Shown: one piece after another, positions 1-13,200 of the stretch | Layout of the letters: every line of letters starts with the position of its first letter | Numbering within the stretch: the stretch's first letter is position 1 | Source of the DNA: Octopus sinensis | Taxonomy: Eukaryota | Assembly: GCF_006345805.1 (NCBI RefSeq) | Contig: NC_043011.1 | Span: 24,068,464-24,132,463 of the forward strand | DNA: 64,000 nucleotides | Reading direction: 5' to 3' | Notes under the pieces: model-generated | Told to the model about the DNA's origin: nothing | Seen by the model: only the letters and a program-made list of their open reading frames with translations | Databases searched by the model: none | Program-made: the position numbers and the translations under genes

Positions 1-1059
1 GTATGTGTGTGTACACCAGAGTGTGAATATGAGCACGTATGACAGAGTACTTGCAAGAGTGTGAATGGGAGTGATCTTGGAAGTGTAACAAAGCTAGTTG
101 AACAGAAATAATTAAAGACAGACTGTACATATTGCCCATTTGTGAAGTGCATCCTCCCTGCTTTCTCAATCATTATCGTAATAATCTTTACTCATCTTCT
201 GAACTTTCTAACAACATAGCACCTCCAATCAAACATACATTCTCCTGTCACCCCACTGATTATGCATTAAGCACTTCACTCACAAACCTTCTCTGCAATA
301 CTCTCCCCATGCTTATTTTCTCTTCTTTCAATCATTGACAACTAAAGATCCAAAACGAACATTAACTAGTAGGAACTGGAAAAGCTATAGAGCGCATCAC
401 AAACCAATTTCCATGTCTAAATAAGAAAATAAACAAACAAGACTATATAGGTAAAACTACATAAGAAAATATTTGATGTGAGAAAAAATAAACAAACAAG
501 CAAACATAAAACAAAGACAGATGACACTGCATTAGTAAAACTATATATATATATATGGCTGAAAGGAATTTTAAAGAGTAAATGACAGTAAAAGACATAT
601 GCAATACTGAATGACTAAAATATTAATATTTTGAATTGCATTCCAAATCAGTCATTAGCTTGTCTTGTCTCAGTTTTTGTTTTAGTTATTCTGAGCAGAT
701 CAAAGCTGAATGAATTATTCAAATCTATGATAAAATAAATAAATGCAAGTAGCAAAGTATGAAAAAAAAAATAGTTAATTGCATAATATGTGCAATATCT
801 TTACATAAACAGTGAGTAAATATTGGTATACTTACAAAACATAACAGAGCTAAGCTTAGTAGTGATGCAGACAACTGATTAATCCAAGTATATTATTGGT
901 TATTCTTTATTTTATTTTTTTGTCTAGAAAGAATGACAAAATCAAACACCTTGCAGAATTTGAACTCATAAGCGAGAAAGAGAAAGAGAGCCCAAAAATA
1001 ATTTTACATTTTTTTTTATTTAGAGCATATACTGTCTTAGCTACTTGCAAATTAAATGT

Positions 1060-1276
1060 TGGCTTCAAATTTTGCCACAAGGCCAGAAATTTTGAGGGAG
1101 GGAGAAAGTCGATTTTATCAACCCCAGTGCTCAACTGGTACTTATTTTATATACCCCAAAAGGAATGAAAGCTAAAATCAACCTTGGTAGAATTTGAACT
1201 CAGAATGTAAAGATGGACAAAAATGCTACTAAGCATTTTGCCTAGTGCACAAATGATTCTACCAGTTTACTGCCTT
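1060..1276 (-). mobile_element. SINE copy (family B here; core TTCTGAGTTCAAATTC..AAGGTCGACTTTGCCTTTCATCC)
   Basis: Reverse complement matches the + strand copies at 12150-12355 and 30855-31025 (GAGTTCAAATTC, ACTTTGCCTTTCATCCTTTTGGGG, GGCCTTGTG tail). Confidence 0.7.
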
Positions 1277-1629
1277 ACTTGCAAATTAAATATAAGATTA
1301 AAATTAAATATTCTAAACTTCATGAATGACTCCACATTTTCTGCCACAAAAAACAAAATGACCTACAAACAAACAACTCTATGGAGTCTTGAAAAAATAA
1401 TAAACAAACAAAAAACAAAACATTATTTCAAAGATAACTGGTCAAAGTTACCATTAAAATTATAATTACTAGAAACAGAACATGGCAAAAGACCAGCTTT
1501 ATCACTTTACTGATTAAGATAGACAAGTTTTAGTCACTGACTTTTAAGCGATAAAGATGACATGCTATCTATTGTTCTAAATAACTACATGTATAGCTAA
1601 TAACCATAATGAGTCACAATCCAATGTAA

Positions 1630-2018
1630 GAACCCCTATACAGTCACTCAACCTACAAAAAATAGCAGTCAAATCTCATCCTACCATCTTAAAAAAGGAG
1701 GACACATTGGATAATCTTGTCACAAGTGAAAAAAATTTGGCGGAGGGGTGGGGGTGGAATGAGCCATTTATGACTGGAATGATTGATCATAGATCTGCTG
1801 AATCAGGGCTGATTTGGGGTTAAACAACTCTAAAGAAAGAACTTGTACATTATCACTCAACCAATTAGAAATAGGAAGTAAAATCTATTGACACTTAACT
1901 ATCATAAAATGGAAAGATACACTAGAAAATGTAGTCCTGATATATAAAAAGACAGTCTTGGTTGAACCAACTTTGAACACAAAACTACTTTATCAATATT
2001 GACCTAGGGTTAAACATC
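1630..2018 (-). repeat. Two tandem copies of a ~200 bp dispersed repeat (family C here)
   Basis: Motifs CAAATCTCATCCTACCATCTTAAAAA..GGACACATTGGATAAT..ATGACTGGAATG..GGGTTAAACAA occur twice and recur at 2815, 9080, 11635, 30395 and 30600. Confidence 0.65.
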
Positions 2019-2294
2019 AACCACTCCAGTTCCTGTTAGGTTATGCTCTGTCCTCTCTTTCTCCTAAATGGAATTCTGCTATTCAAAACTTACTGGCTGC
2101 TCATCAGTCATCTTGTCTCCTCTCTCTTAACCCCATCATGACTATTAATAATTTTTGATGCTTCAAATACTATGCTCTTAAGAGAAGAAAATGACAAAAT
2201 TAAAAGCTTGAATGATTTCTAAAGATTATTTACATTTGAACAGTATTATTGCAAACAAGCAATTATAATATCTGACAGTTGTGGCAGAATTACT

Positions 2295-2610
2295 GACATG
2301 GTTGTACAGCAGATGAATTTCCTTTGCAAGTAAGTGGTTCTGGGTTTGATCCCACTGCACAGCATCTTGGCTAGTGTCCTACCACAGCTATTGACACTTT
2401 AAGAGTCATGTATATACATGTTTGTATTTACTCCAAAACCAGTATTGTTTAAAGAAGCAGCATTGTATGAAAACAATGCCAAACTTCACAATTCAAAATA
2501 TATAGATCAATAAAATAAGTACTAGGGGAGGGGCAATATGATCAACTAAGCCTTTGATGACACCTCAGTATGATTGAAGTCCAGTGACTGAAACCAGTAA
2601 TATAAAAGAA
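2295..2610 (+). mobile_element. Degenerate tRNA-derived SINE (family A)
   Basis: GGTTCTGGGTTTGATCCCACTGCA head and TGACTGAAACCAGTAA tail match the intact copy at 56262-56677. Confidence 0.6.
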
Positions 2611-2814
2611 TGTAACATATATTTTCTTGCAAGATATTTACTTCTACACCAGCCCAACTTCTCAACTGCTGCTTCCAAACACAAAGGGATTCATTTGCCA
2701 ATAACTTGTGCTGACATACACATGCATGTACCTGAACATATGTATAGGTCTGAAATGTTTCTATAATTTACTTGGGTAATTAATATTAAAACTGAATTAC
2801 TATGACAGAAGTAT

Positions 2815-3030
2815 AATTGTTCTTTAGCCCCAGGTTGGCTCTGGAGGAAAAAGGTCCATGATCAAAGTGTTTTAAATGTGACCAACTAACTTTTCTTTTA
2901 AACGATAGTGTACCCCAGACTATATAATCCACAGTGTCTTTCCTTTAAGATGGTATGGTGTTAACTAAAGGATATTTAACTGTTATTACTAGCAAGTTGA
3001 ATGTCCATGTAGAGAGACTCCTTGTCGACT
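2815..3030 (+). repeat. Family C dispersed repeat
   Basis: TTTAGCCCCAGGT..ATGATCAAAG..TTTAAGATGGTATGGTG..CTAGCAAGTTGA is shared with the other family C copies. Confidence 0.6.
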
Positions 3031-4684
3031 CTTAATGATGTAGAGTTAAACAATTACTCGAATGAAGAAAAGGTTGAGTGATAGTTAGTAAGAAATAAAT
3101 GATTATACAGTAAGGTTGTTATTGTAAATTGATGGATATTCTCAAATTACAATATATTGTGTTGATAAAACAAAAGTTTTTTTTTTGTTTTTTTTTGGCT
3201 GTTTTCATCCATGAGTGTGTTGGTTTTTGCTGGAGCAACTGTTTCAACAACTGAATGTCCTTCCTTCATAACTGCTTAAGTAGAAGTGAAACTAGCTATC
3301 AGTCAGGCTAGCTGAACCAAAAGATAAGGATAAATCAATTGTTATAGTCATGAGACTTATAACTTTGTGATCAAGAGTCTAGCACCTTAACCGGATAGCC
3401 ATATGTCTATTTCTTTATACACATACATAATTAACTACTATTCCATTACTCGAAGCTTTTCATTGCAATGACATTCATCAAATAGCATATCAAGACATTT
3501 TTGAAAATCATATGAAGACATTTAGTACACTGAGATTCTATTACAACACAGACACATCTTCAATGGGAAGATGTTATTTAAAATAGAAGAGAGAAAAACC
3601 TAACAAATTATGGTAATATAAAAGTATCATGTTCAATTTCAGAAGATAAATAATTTACTATAGGTAACATCATGAGGTTGTTTGGAAACCCCACCCACAC
3701 TCACACATAATCTACTCATTTGCTTCCAACGAGAACATTTCACTATCTTATAGAATTGCTAAAGAAATATTTAAACTATACTTTTATAAGAACAAACACA
3801 GGATCAAGAATCTACATTAATTGAAAATGTTTTATTTTTCTGCTATTTGACACTTCCTGTTGACGAATATCAAAACAATGAAAATTTGAGCAAAAGTTTG
3901 ATAAAACTTAGCAAGTAATTATTAAATTAATACTTTTTGCCCATCTGAATGTCTTTATCTAGGCCATCAAATTAAATCTGATTATGCATGTGTGTGTGAA
4001 AAGTGACACCCTCACAAACTGCTAGTGTGGAAGAGTGTTAAGTATTTATCAAAACAAAGTCAATATTTTCACATATAAACACCCACAAAAAGAAAATGAG
4101 ATACAAAAAGAAGCATATGTTGTTTAATATTTTTATATTCAACATCATTTTAAACAGTAATGGAATTGGACATAAAATAATTAGTGATAATATATTTTGT
4201 TAGTGTTAAAAAAAAAAAAAAATTCTGAGCAATTTGATTTGGTGTTTCTACACAAAGGTGTCAACATGCAGGAATAGAAAGTGGAGAAAAAGATATGAAG
4301 AAAAATTCAGTTTTCATCAATATTGATATAGATAGGAATTATTGATTTTCTATGAAGGTCAGATATAGATTGATTAGCTAGTGTACAGAATGCTATATAA
4401 CAACTTGTACATATTTCAGAAATACGCAAGAAGTTATGTTGCATGACAGCAGACAGAACTACAAAAAGAAACATTCAACATGAAGCATACACACACAGTC
4501 AGTCTGTCTAAACATATTTTTAGCTCCATTGCTTAAGAACCATGGTTGTGCACTAAGATTAACCAGATCAAGTATGAGAATGCTTGACTGCAGCTAGCAG
4601 GTTTACAACTGTTATAAAACCTCAATATCATTGTTAATAAAAGCTGATATCAATGATTTAAATAATTCTTGCAAAACATGCAAG

Positions 4685-5125
4685 AGAGCTGATGTAAAAG
4701 GAACAGAAAGGAAATAAAATTAAAGAGAGATGGAGGGAGGAGAGAGAGAGGGGGAAAAGGGAGAAAGCAGAAAGAGGAAGAACAGGAGAAAAGAGAGAAG
4801 TGGGGAAAAGGAGTGAGAGAGAAAGAGAGCAAAGAGTGGGTGTGGTAGAGGGGGTAAGAAAATAGGGAGAGAAACAGAAGTGATAAAAATGGGAGAAAGA
4901 TAGCAAAAATAAATAACAGGAAAGGGTAAACAGAAGGAGGCAAGTGGGCAAATAAAAAGGAAAAAGAACAGGAGAGGGGGGAATTAACAGGGGGGGGGGG
5001 GCAAAAAAAAAAAGAGATAGGAGAGGACAACAAACAGGATTGGGGAAGAAAGAAAGCGAGGAAAAAAGGGGAGAAAGAAAAGGAGGGAAAGAGACAAAAA
5101 GCTAAAGAAAGAGGGGATAAAATAT
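4685..5125. repeat. Purine-rich (GA) low-complexity tract
   Basis: Almost exclusively A/G on the + strand; it produces the F/S/L/P-rich spurious minus-strand ORFs. Confidence 0.9.
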
Positions 5126-5859
5126 GAAAAACTATTCCTATAAGACAGAATTATAATAAAAAAAGAATGAGCAAACCATAAGACTTATTTGAATTTGTAT
5201 GTTTATTTATTTATTTTTTTTTTTGCTCTTTGAAAATTCAAGTAAAATCGTAAAAGGAAAAGGGAAAAAAATTGTATAAAATCTTGGAAGATTTAACCTC
5301 AAGTTGAAGAATAAGGTAGATGAAGTTGTTAATCCTTCCATCTTCAACTATTGAAAATCTGATTTGAAGCAATATGAATAGAAAACTATGTCAAAGTAGC
5401 AAAGTACAAATGTAAATGATAAGGTCAGACACTAAAGTGTAGTTCTTAGAAGGATTTACACAGTGAAAAACAACAGACTTATTGGAAGTAGATTTGATGA
5501 ATTGCAACGTTGGTTTGCTAAATTCACAGAGAACACAGCAGTTCAGGGATTTAAGAGAGATTAAAAGGTTCAGGTGCTTTCTTATGGTTCAAGTGTGAAC
5601 TCAAAGAAACTAATATCAAAATGACATTTTAGAGGAAGTTCAATTCTTCATTAGTAATGTAACTTGTTTGGTTGAGACAGTTGACTGCATTTGCATACAA
5701 TGTTTTTAAAAAAATCATTTTTCATGCTCCAACAGCAGTTAAGGAAGTTTGAAGGAAACAAACAGCTTATTTGCCATGAATGCAGTACAAGCAAATACAA
5801 AGGCCAGTCTTTGGTGACATAACAGTGCTAATAATTTCTAGGTAATCAATGACAAAGAA

Positions 5860-6410
5860 CTTAAGCCAATCTCAGACTGAAACTGAAAGCAGTTTTAGCA
5901 AAAACTCAGCAGACACGTGACTCATACCCAAATCTTCAGTAATAATGAACTGAACAGAACCATAACTAATCTGTACATCCTCTGATAACTCATGGATGGC
6001 AATTCGATGATTTTTCCTCTCACAGCTGCACGCACATCTGCAATGTTTTTCTCAGTTCTGCTGGTTCGGGTCTCCCAGAACATTTGTCCCTATTGACCAT
6101 CTTAGAAATGTCTGAACGATCATACACTTGTGTGTGACTCATACATTCCTTTCCATACATATTCTGCAACTTTGCTTAGGCCTCTGAGCAAGTATTGCCT
6201 TGACAACTTTTTGCCATGGTCAATGTGATGGTCACACACTACACACCTTCCTTCCAAGCACTGTGTAAACAGCAGAAGTAAGCTAGAACATTAAAACTTA
6301 CTGCACATGCACAGCAGAGTTCAAGGTCAATCTTTGTCGAGGGGCTTCACTGGGTGCTTTAGCTTTGTTACTATGGCAATAATCCGGATACTTATTGATC
6401 AGACCTCGTA
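5860..6410 (-). mobile_element. Truncated mariner (Tc1/mariner) transposon: 5' TIR plus decayed transposase N-terminus
   Basis: The minus strand begins TA-CGAGGTCTGATCAATAAGTATCCGGA, a mariner-type TIR after TA. Broken frames read KLQNMYGKECMSHTQVY, RTSRTEKNIADVRAAVR and IHELSEDVQISYGSVQFIITEDLGMSHVSA, matching the mariner HTH region. No second TIR was seen. Confidence 0.85.
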
Positions 6411-7794
6411 TTAATGGCATGGTGGACAACATGAAGTAAATTTTTTACCTGCAGTAAATGCTTTACACTGATATTTAACATGCAGATATCAGTGTTATAG
6501 ACCATGCAGCAACATAACCTTAATTTCTTTTTTCTCAATCTAGAAGTTATAACTTTAATGTTAAAAACTCATCAACTGCCAACTTATCTAGACACAAACA
6601 TTGACAACCATACTCACTCCCACCACTGAACCCTAACAATTATTCCTTACATCAGACACAATTTTAAGATGTTTACCTTTTACAAATACAGACAATATAG
6701 TGAGAGGTGATATTATCTCCACTTGAACATGGATGTTCTGATAGAACAAACTATACTGTGGTAGATACCATGTGAGAGAAACTCTCATATTGGCTTTTGG
6801 TGCAAAAAGCATGCTTGTTTTTTTCACTAGTGGAGAGATAAATCCCCACCATCTCCAGTACCAAGACCACCAGATCACATGATTTCAACCTTCTTTGATC
6901 TTTGTTAATGTTTGACTGCTAGAGATAGCAGTGACTCATCTCCCCACCAGTAAGATATAGAAAAATAGTGCCAAAACAGGCGCTGGTGTTGTGATTAACC
7001 AGTGAGCTTGTTAAAACATATATGTTAGCAACAGACAATATAGTGAACTAATTTTCAGTACTAATCACACTTTTACTCATCTTCCATTAATTAGTATAAA
7101 TACTGATTTTGTTTCCTTACCTCCTTTAAGAAGATATTAGTACATTAAAAGAAAAAGGTAGGGAGTGTAAAATCATTGATTGGTCTGATCTAGAACACTG
7201 ATAATTTATAGAAAGGAATACCAACTCTGGTGACATTTTAACCTCCTGTTTTCAAGCCCTACATCAACCCTAATTGAGCAAACCTAGAATAAATAGAATT
7301 CTAATAAATTAGCAAAAATAGAAATTTCCTTGCATCTTATTTGTAAATTAATCTGCAGTGAAACATTTGCCTTGAGTTTTCTCAATTTGAAACTACTATT
7401 ATTAAAGAAAATAAAAAGCATTACGTAACAATGTTTCTGCCTAATTTATCAGAAGTTAATTAACATCAGAAATTCCAAAGGGGAAAAAATATAGGAGTAA
7501 AATTAATGAGAAATACTAGTAAAACAGAAAAATAAAGATAACGAGAAACTGACATTTCTAAATGTGTGGTTTGAAAAATATTTTTGGAATAGATTCCATT
7601 CCATTCAGGGAACATTTTAAAGTTAGAAAATGAGGAAATTCTAATAGAAAGACATGACTTTTTTGGAAAATCATTCAAAATGCATTTTTTTTTAATCAAG
7701 TATTCCTCATTTTAACAATTCCAATACCTTAATGGCCTTTTACAATAGGTTTTCTTCACATCATTTTGGAGAAAGCATAAGTTTGAATAATTCT

Positions 7795-7985
7795 ATTTAT
7801 AGATAAGATAGAGAGAGAGGAGTGATGGGAGAGAGAGAAGAGAGGAGGAGAAAGAGGTGAGAGGAGAGAGAGCAGAAAGAGGTGAGGAGAGAGAAGAGAA
7901 GAAAATAGTGGAAGTGAGAGGGGATGGTGAGAAGGAGTAAAAGAGAGGAGGAGAGAGGCAGCTTAAGAGCGGGGGAGAAGAAGTG
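7795..7985. repeat. Purine-rich (GA) low-complexity tract
   Basis: GAGA/GGAGA repeats on the + strand. Confidence 0.9.
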
Positions 7986-8859
7986 ACATAAATAGTTAAT
8001 GGCACACACAAAATATAGAAAAAAAACCCCTTTAAATTCAATGTTGTAATGGTAGTAAAAGAATAAGACAAAATACAAACCAGCAAATGACAGAAATAAG
8101 AAAACTTACAAACCACAATGCATTTATTTTTAAAAACAGCATGATTCATTTTAGAAAATTTATAAGCCAAATATATAAATTATTCCCCCAAAATTTCACT
8201 ATCAAAGACAGCCCTGATTTCTTCACTGAAAAGGCTTTACATTGGAAATCCAACAACAGATATAAATTATATCAAATATGCCTTGAATGATTTTAAAACC
8301 AAATCTCTAAGTCTTAATTACATTTTCATAACATGGAAGTGAACTAGAAATAAATGTTAAGAATATTCAAAAGCAATTATGAATTAGCATTTTTATTAAC
8401 TTAAATGAGAGCCAATAAAAGATCATTTGTAAAGATTTTTCTGTTTAGACTTAATAAAATTACCAGAAGTCATGAGTTAAAGCAGGGAAATTGAAACAAG
8501 GGAAGCTTGTCAATTGTTTAACAAACATTTCTGATACATCAAAAGAAAATAAATAGGCTGTGATAAGGCTATTTGGCTGATGTATTCATACATTTATGTT
8601 ATTTAGCAACACTATCACAGTTCTGTATAATATATACATACACACCTTTTGAAGGGTATCTAATAGGAAACATTTGAAACTGGCACTTGCTTCTCTACAT
8701 CATTTGACAGAAATATCAAATACATTAGATATGATACAGTCAGAAAAATCGAGAGTTTAAACATCAAACAGAATATAACTGAACTTCTATTCAAAAGAGT
8801 GGAATAAATATGGTCAATAGAGGCATTTGTTTCCTCAAGTGAGTAGAAAAAGTATTAAT

Positions 8860-9060
8860 GCATCTGGATATTAAAAGTATCAAATGATAATGTGCAGGAG
8901 AGGTAACCGTGCATATATGGACATGTGCTATATAGATGGATGAAGCATATTGGTTGAAAAGGTGGTGTGTAATTGCTGTGTAAGATAGACCAAAGACCTA
9001 GAAAAATATAGGGAAAAAGTAGGGATATCAGATCAGATGTGAGAAAGGTGGGCTTTACTG
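8860..9060 (+). mobile_element. Highly degenerate RTE LINE C-terminal remnant
   Basis: GTGCAGGAGAGG..TATGGACATGTGCT..ATGGATGAAG..AGACCTAGAAAAATA aligns by eye to VQERR/YGHVL/MDE/RPRKT of the intact copies. Confidence 0.5.
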
Positions 9061-9079
9061 CAAACAGATTCAACTCATA

Positions 9080-9278
9080 CTGTTGTTACTTGGCCCTTCA
9101 TCAGCTTTGATTGAGCTAACTTATGATCACACGCATTCTAACAGTGTCAATTCTGACTTTTCAAGGGCAAGTAGGACTACATTATCTAATATATCCTTTT
9201 CTTAAACTCAAATGTTATCTGGGTGAAGTTTGGCTGCAACTTCTAGCAAGTCATGTAACCGTGTAAAGGTTCCCTAAC
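9080..9278 (+). repeat. Family C dispersed repeat
   Basis: TATGATCA..GCATTC..TAGGACTACATTATCTAATAT..TTTGGCTGC..TTTCTAGCAAGT. Confidence 0.6.
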
Positions 9279-9737
9279 TTTCATGGAACAATGAAACTTA
9301 AAACAATGATGGTAACAAGGAAGATAATTGAAGACTTTTAAAGATATCAAAATGTTTTGTTTTTTTTTCTCTTCGACTTGTTTCAGTCATTAGACTGCAG
9401 CGATGCTGGGGCATTGCCATTCATTGAAATAAAACAAATTAGTAGCTTCACATATTTTTTATCCCACAAGAAAACAATCTAATATGATCACTGGGACTTA
9501 TATTATCAGTCAGAAATCTCAAGAAACTATATTGTTTAGCAATACTGTTAGCTGTCTTAATTAGTAGACTCTTCATTAACAGATACCAAAAAAATATTAT
9601 TCAAAGAACTATAAATAGGGTTTCTCTTAATGTGCACATCTCAAGAAAATTTTGGGTGGCGACTGTCTGTATATACCAGCCTGGACTATTTCAAATGACT
9701 TTCAGTCAGGAAGAATGCAATATTTGGTGGGATTTCA

Positions 9738-10572
9738 AATGACCACATGCAAGTGGGAGAAATTAGAAGTAGTTAATAGTTTCCACTACCTAGGCGACCA
9801 AGTCTGTAGTGGGGGTAGCTGCTCTGAGAGTGTAGTGACTAGAGTAAGAATAGCCTGGGCAAAGTTCAGGGAGCTCCTACCTCTGCTGGCAACTAAGGAC
9901 TTCTCGCTCAGAGTGAAAGGTAGATTGTATGATGCATGTGTGAGAACTGCCATGCTACATGGCAGTGAAATATGGGCCATGAATGCTGAGGACATGCATA
10001 GGCTTGAAAGAAATGAAGCTAGTATGATCTGCTGGATGTGTAATGTCATGGTGCATACATAACAGTGTAAGTGCCCTGAGAGAAAAGTTGGGCATAAGAA
10101 GCATCAAATGTGGTGTGCAAGAGAGGCGTCTGTGCTGGTATGGTCATGTGTTATGTATGAATGAAGATAGCTGTGTGAGGAAGGACCACTCCCTAACCTG
10201 TGGAAGAGGTAGACCCAGGAAGACATGGGATGAGGTGGTGAAGCATGAACTTCGAACATTGGGCCTCACAGAGGACCTTTGGAGATATGGTCAATGCCAG
10301 GTCTGCCTGACTGGCTCTTGTAACAGTGGCACATAAAAAGCACTATCTGAACGCAATCGATGCCAGGCCCACCTGACTGGCTCCCATGCCGGTGGTACGT
10401 AAAAAGCACCTACTACACTCTCAGACTGGTTGGCATTAGGAAGGGCATCCAGCTGTAGAAACATTGCCAGATCAGATTGGAACCTGGTGCAGCTGCTGGC
10501 TCTCCAAACCTCAGTCAAACCATCCAACCCATGCCAGCATGAAAAATGGATGTTAAATGATGATGCTGATGA
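9738..10572 (+). mobile_element. 5'-truncated RTE-clade LINE (RT thumb/C-terminus, 3' UTR, (GAT)n tail)
   Basis: ORFs 9652-10062 and 10043-10336 read LEVVNSFHYLGD, RVRIAWAKFRELLPLL, KGRLYDACVRTAMLHGSE, RRLCWYGHV and GRGRPRKTW. The conserved 3' terminus and ATGATGATG tail follow. Confidence 0.92.
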
Positions 10573-10827
10573 GTTACTGGAAATTATTGTTTGATAGTAT
10601 TTTAAGATACATTACATACTGTGCAATAGGACTGCTTTTATTGTAAGCTTTCGTAGGCTTCAACATTTCAATGTTAGCAAGTCACCCTTAGAATTTATTT
10701 ACCACAATCATTTTTTAGAGATTCAAATGTCTTAATCATTTACGTACACCAATTTAGATATTAAAAATATCAAATGATATTGTATAAAAGTGAATTTTTT
10801 TTCCTTCCATGACTAAGTTACAATCCT

Positions 10828-11325
10828 TTTGTTCTGAGTTCAAATTCAGGTCAAACTCAGTCTGTGGTCAACTTTGTCATTCACACTTTCAGGGTTGATA
10901 AGATACACTTCTAATCATGTAATAGGGTCAATATAATTAACTATGTTCTCCTCAACAAATCTGAAGCGCAGTAGCTATGTTGAGAATCAAAATTTAATTA
11001 TGCCATTATTAGGGTCTACTTAAACCATTCAATCTTGTCATGCATCAATAAAGTACCAGTCATGCTGGGATTGACTAAATTGATGCCACTTCTCTCAAAA
11101 GATGTGGCTTTGTGCCAATGTTAAAAATTAGATTGCCAGAACCAATAGAGTGAAAGCTAAAATTCCTTGCATTAAGTCTGAAGTTCAAAACCTGCCATGA
11201 TTGAATCTTCCTCTCATCATGTTGATAACATAAGTACCAATGAAGTACTGTGATTGATTTAACAAACAATAACCCACTCCCTGAAAATAACTATTGTGTC
11301 CTTGTACCTATATTAGAAATCCTTA
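10828..11325 (+). mobile_element. Cluster of degenerate family B SINE fragments
   Basis: TTCTGAGTTCAAATTC, GATAA..AAGTACCA and CTTGTACCTATATTAGAAAT motifs occur in 2-3 partial copies. Confidence 0.5.
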
Positions 11326-11634
11326 TTTGATGGCTTAATTATTCTAATAATACAACAGAAAATATGAGAGTATTTCAGATGTCTGCTCATGAAGATGGAA
11401 GATGATATGCTATGCAGAAGAGATTCTATGTGAAAAACTTCAATTTTTGAATTAAAAAGAAATTAATACAGCTTTAACAGAAATTGAAATAATTCTAATA
11501 ACTTCTGCCTAATTTATCTTCCCAATATATAGTCTTAGGCAAATTAATACCAATTAATAAGCATAAAAAAAATTTCATTTGAAATATAATATGTAATAAT
11601 TCTGTGAGGAATGAAAGCACACAGACACTATTTA

Positions 11635-11825
11635 CTGGAGCCTGCTAGAAATAGAAGCCAAATTTCTCACAAATCATATCCTATTATTTTAAAAATACGA
11701 AGGAAACAGTGAATAATGCAATCATAGGCACATTATATCAGGACAAAAAATGCTGGATAATCATGGCTGAAACATCTTTAATTATAGATTTATCCAGTCA
11801 AAGATTATTTAGGGCTAAACAACAG
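11635..11825 (-). repeat. Family C dispersed repeat
   Basis: CCTGCTAGAAATAGAAGCCAAATTTCTCACAAATCA..GGATAATCATGGCTG..GGGCTAAACAAC. Confidence 0.6.
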
Positions 11826-12149
11826 TGATAAATCAAGAACTATATGGTTGAATAATATCTTTGGTCTCAATTTGCCATGCTTGAGAATCCAACCAGAAAG
11901 TCTAATGACAATTGTTTCTGATAGGACCTGACGTAGGAGGTGGTGTTTGAGGACTCTAAACCCATGACCCTCCCAGGAATAGTGGGTGGAGAAGACAAAT
12001 GGAAACAGGAGAAATATGGTAACTATTATAGAGAGACCACATGACTAACTCCTTCGTAAGGTTGTTGTTAGTAGATAAATGTGATACAGCAGCGATATAA
12101 ACTGTATTTTGTATAGGAAATACAGATATTTAAATTTATATTTAATCTA

Positions 12150-12355
12150 GGTCAGGCAGCAAGCTAATAGAATCATTAGCATGCTGGGTAAAACATTTAG
12201 TGGCATTTCATCTTCCTGTTTTGAGTTCAAAATCCACCAAGGTCGACTTTGCCTTTCATCCTTTTGGGGGTGATAAAATAAGTTCAAATTATAAGGGGTT
12301 TGACTTACCCCTCCCCTCCAAATTGCTGGCCTTGTGCCAAAATTTGAAACTAATA
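12150..12355 (+). mobile_element. Family B SINE
   Basis: GGCAGCAAGCTAATAGAATCATTAGC head, GAGTTCAAAATCC B-box-like motif and AAGGTCGACTTTGCCTTTCATCC core. Confidence 0.75.
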
Positions 12356-13038
12356 TCTAATGTAGGTTACATCCAACCAGCATCTTCTGGAATGGAATAT
12401 TCCATTTGAGATTGTCATTTATGAGATTCAACATCAAGGAAGTGTGTATGAGCACATGCCTATATAATTGTGTGCATGTGTAATAGTTATTTAAATTAAA
12501 TATCCTACTAATCCTGTTGTCATTGTAGCTAAAAGTTATAAAATTCTCCCCCTTCAGGTTGCATACCTATAGTTTTACACACACACAATGTACACTTCTG
12601 TATGCGTATATAATGTGTGTGTATGTGGTATAAAGAGTAAAAAGAGAGGGTGGAAGGCAGGAGCCATTGCAATGATAAAAATCACCAGATACAAGCAACG
12701 GAAGCTATTGCTTCCAACCAGACTTCTATAGAATATGCAATTAATTACAGTCAAATTCAAAAAGGTAAAACATACTTTTATGACACAAGAAGAAAAATTA
12801 TAATAGTGACTGAGGAAGAAACTTTCACCTTGTAATTAACTGACTTCAAGAGATCAATTTACCAAGTCTTCAGTCATTTTACTGTGATCAGTTACATTTG
12901 TTGAACTCTACTAAAGCAAAAAACAAAACTATAATCACAGCATCACTAGCAATTTGTATGGGAAACTTGTTATTTTCCATTTTTTTTTTCTCTTCCTCTT
13001 ATTCCTTTTCAAGCATTTATTTTTATCATTCTTATTTT

Positions 13039-13061
13039 AGAGAGAGAGAGAGAGAGAGAGA

Positions 13062-13096
<35 letters not shown>

Positions 13097-13131
13097 TGAG
13101 AGAGAGAGAAAGAGAGAGAGAGAGAGTGTGT

Positions 13132-13162
<31 letters not shown>

Positions 13163-13200
13163 GGTGGAAGGGAGGGGAGAAAGAAGAGAGGAGGGAGAAA
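13039..13200. repeat. (AG)n/(TG)n compound microsatellite
   Basis: Directly visible. Confidence 0.97.
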
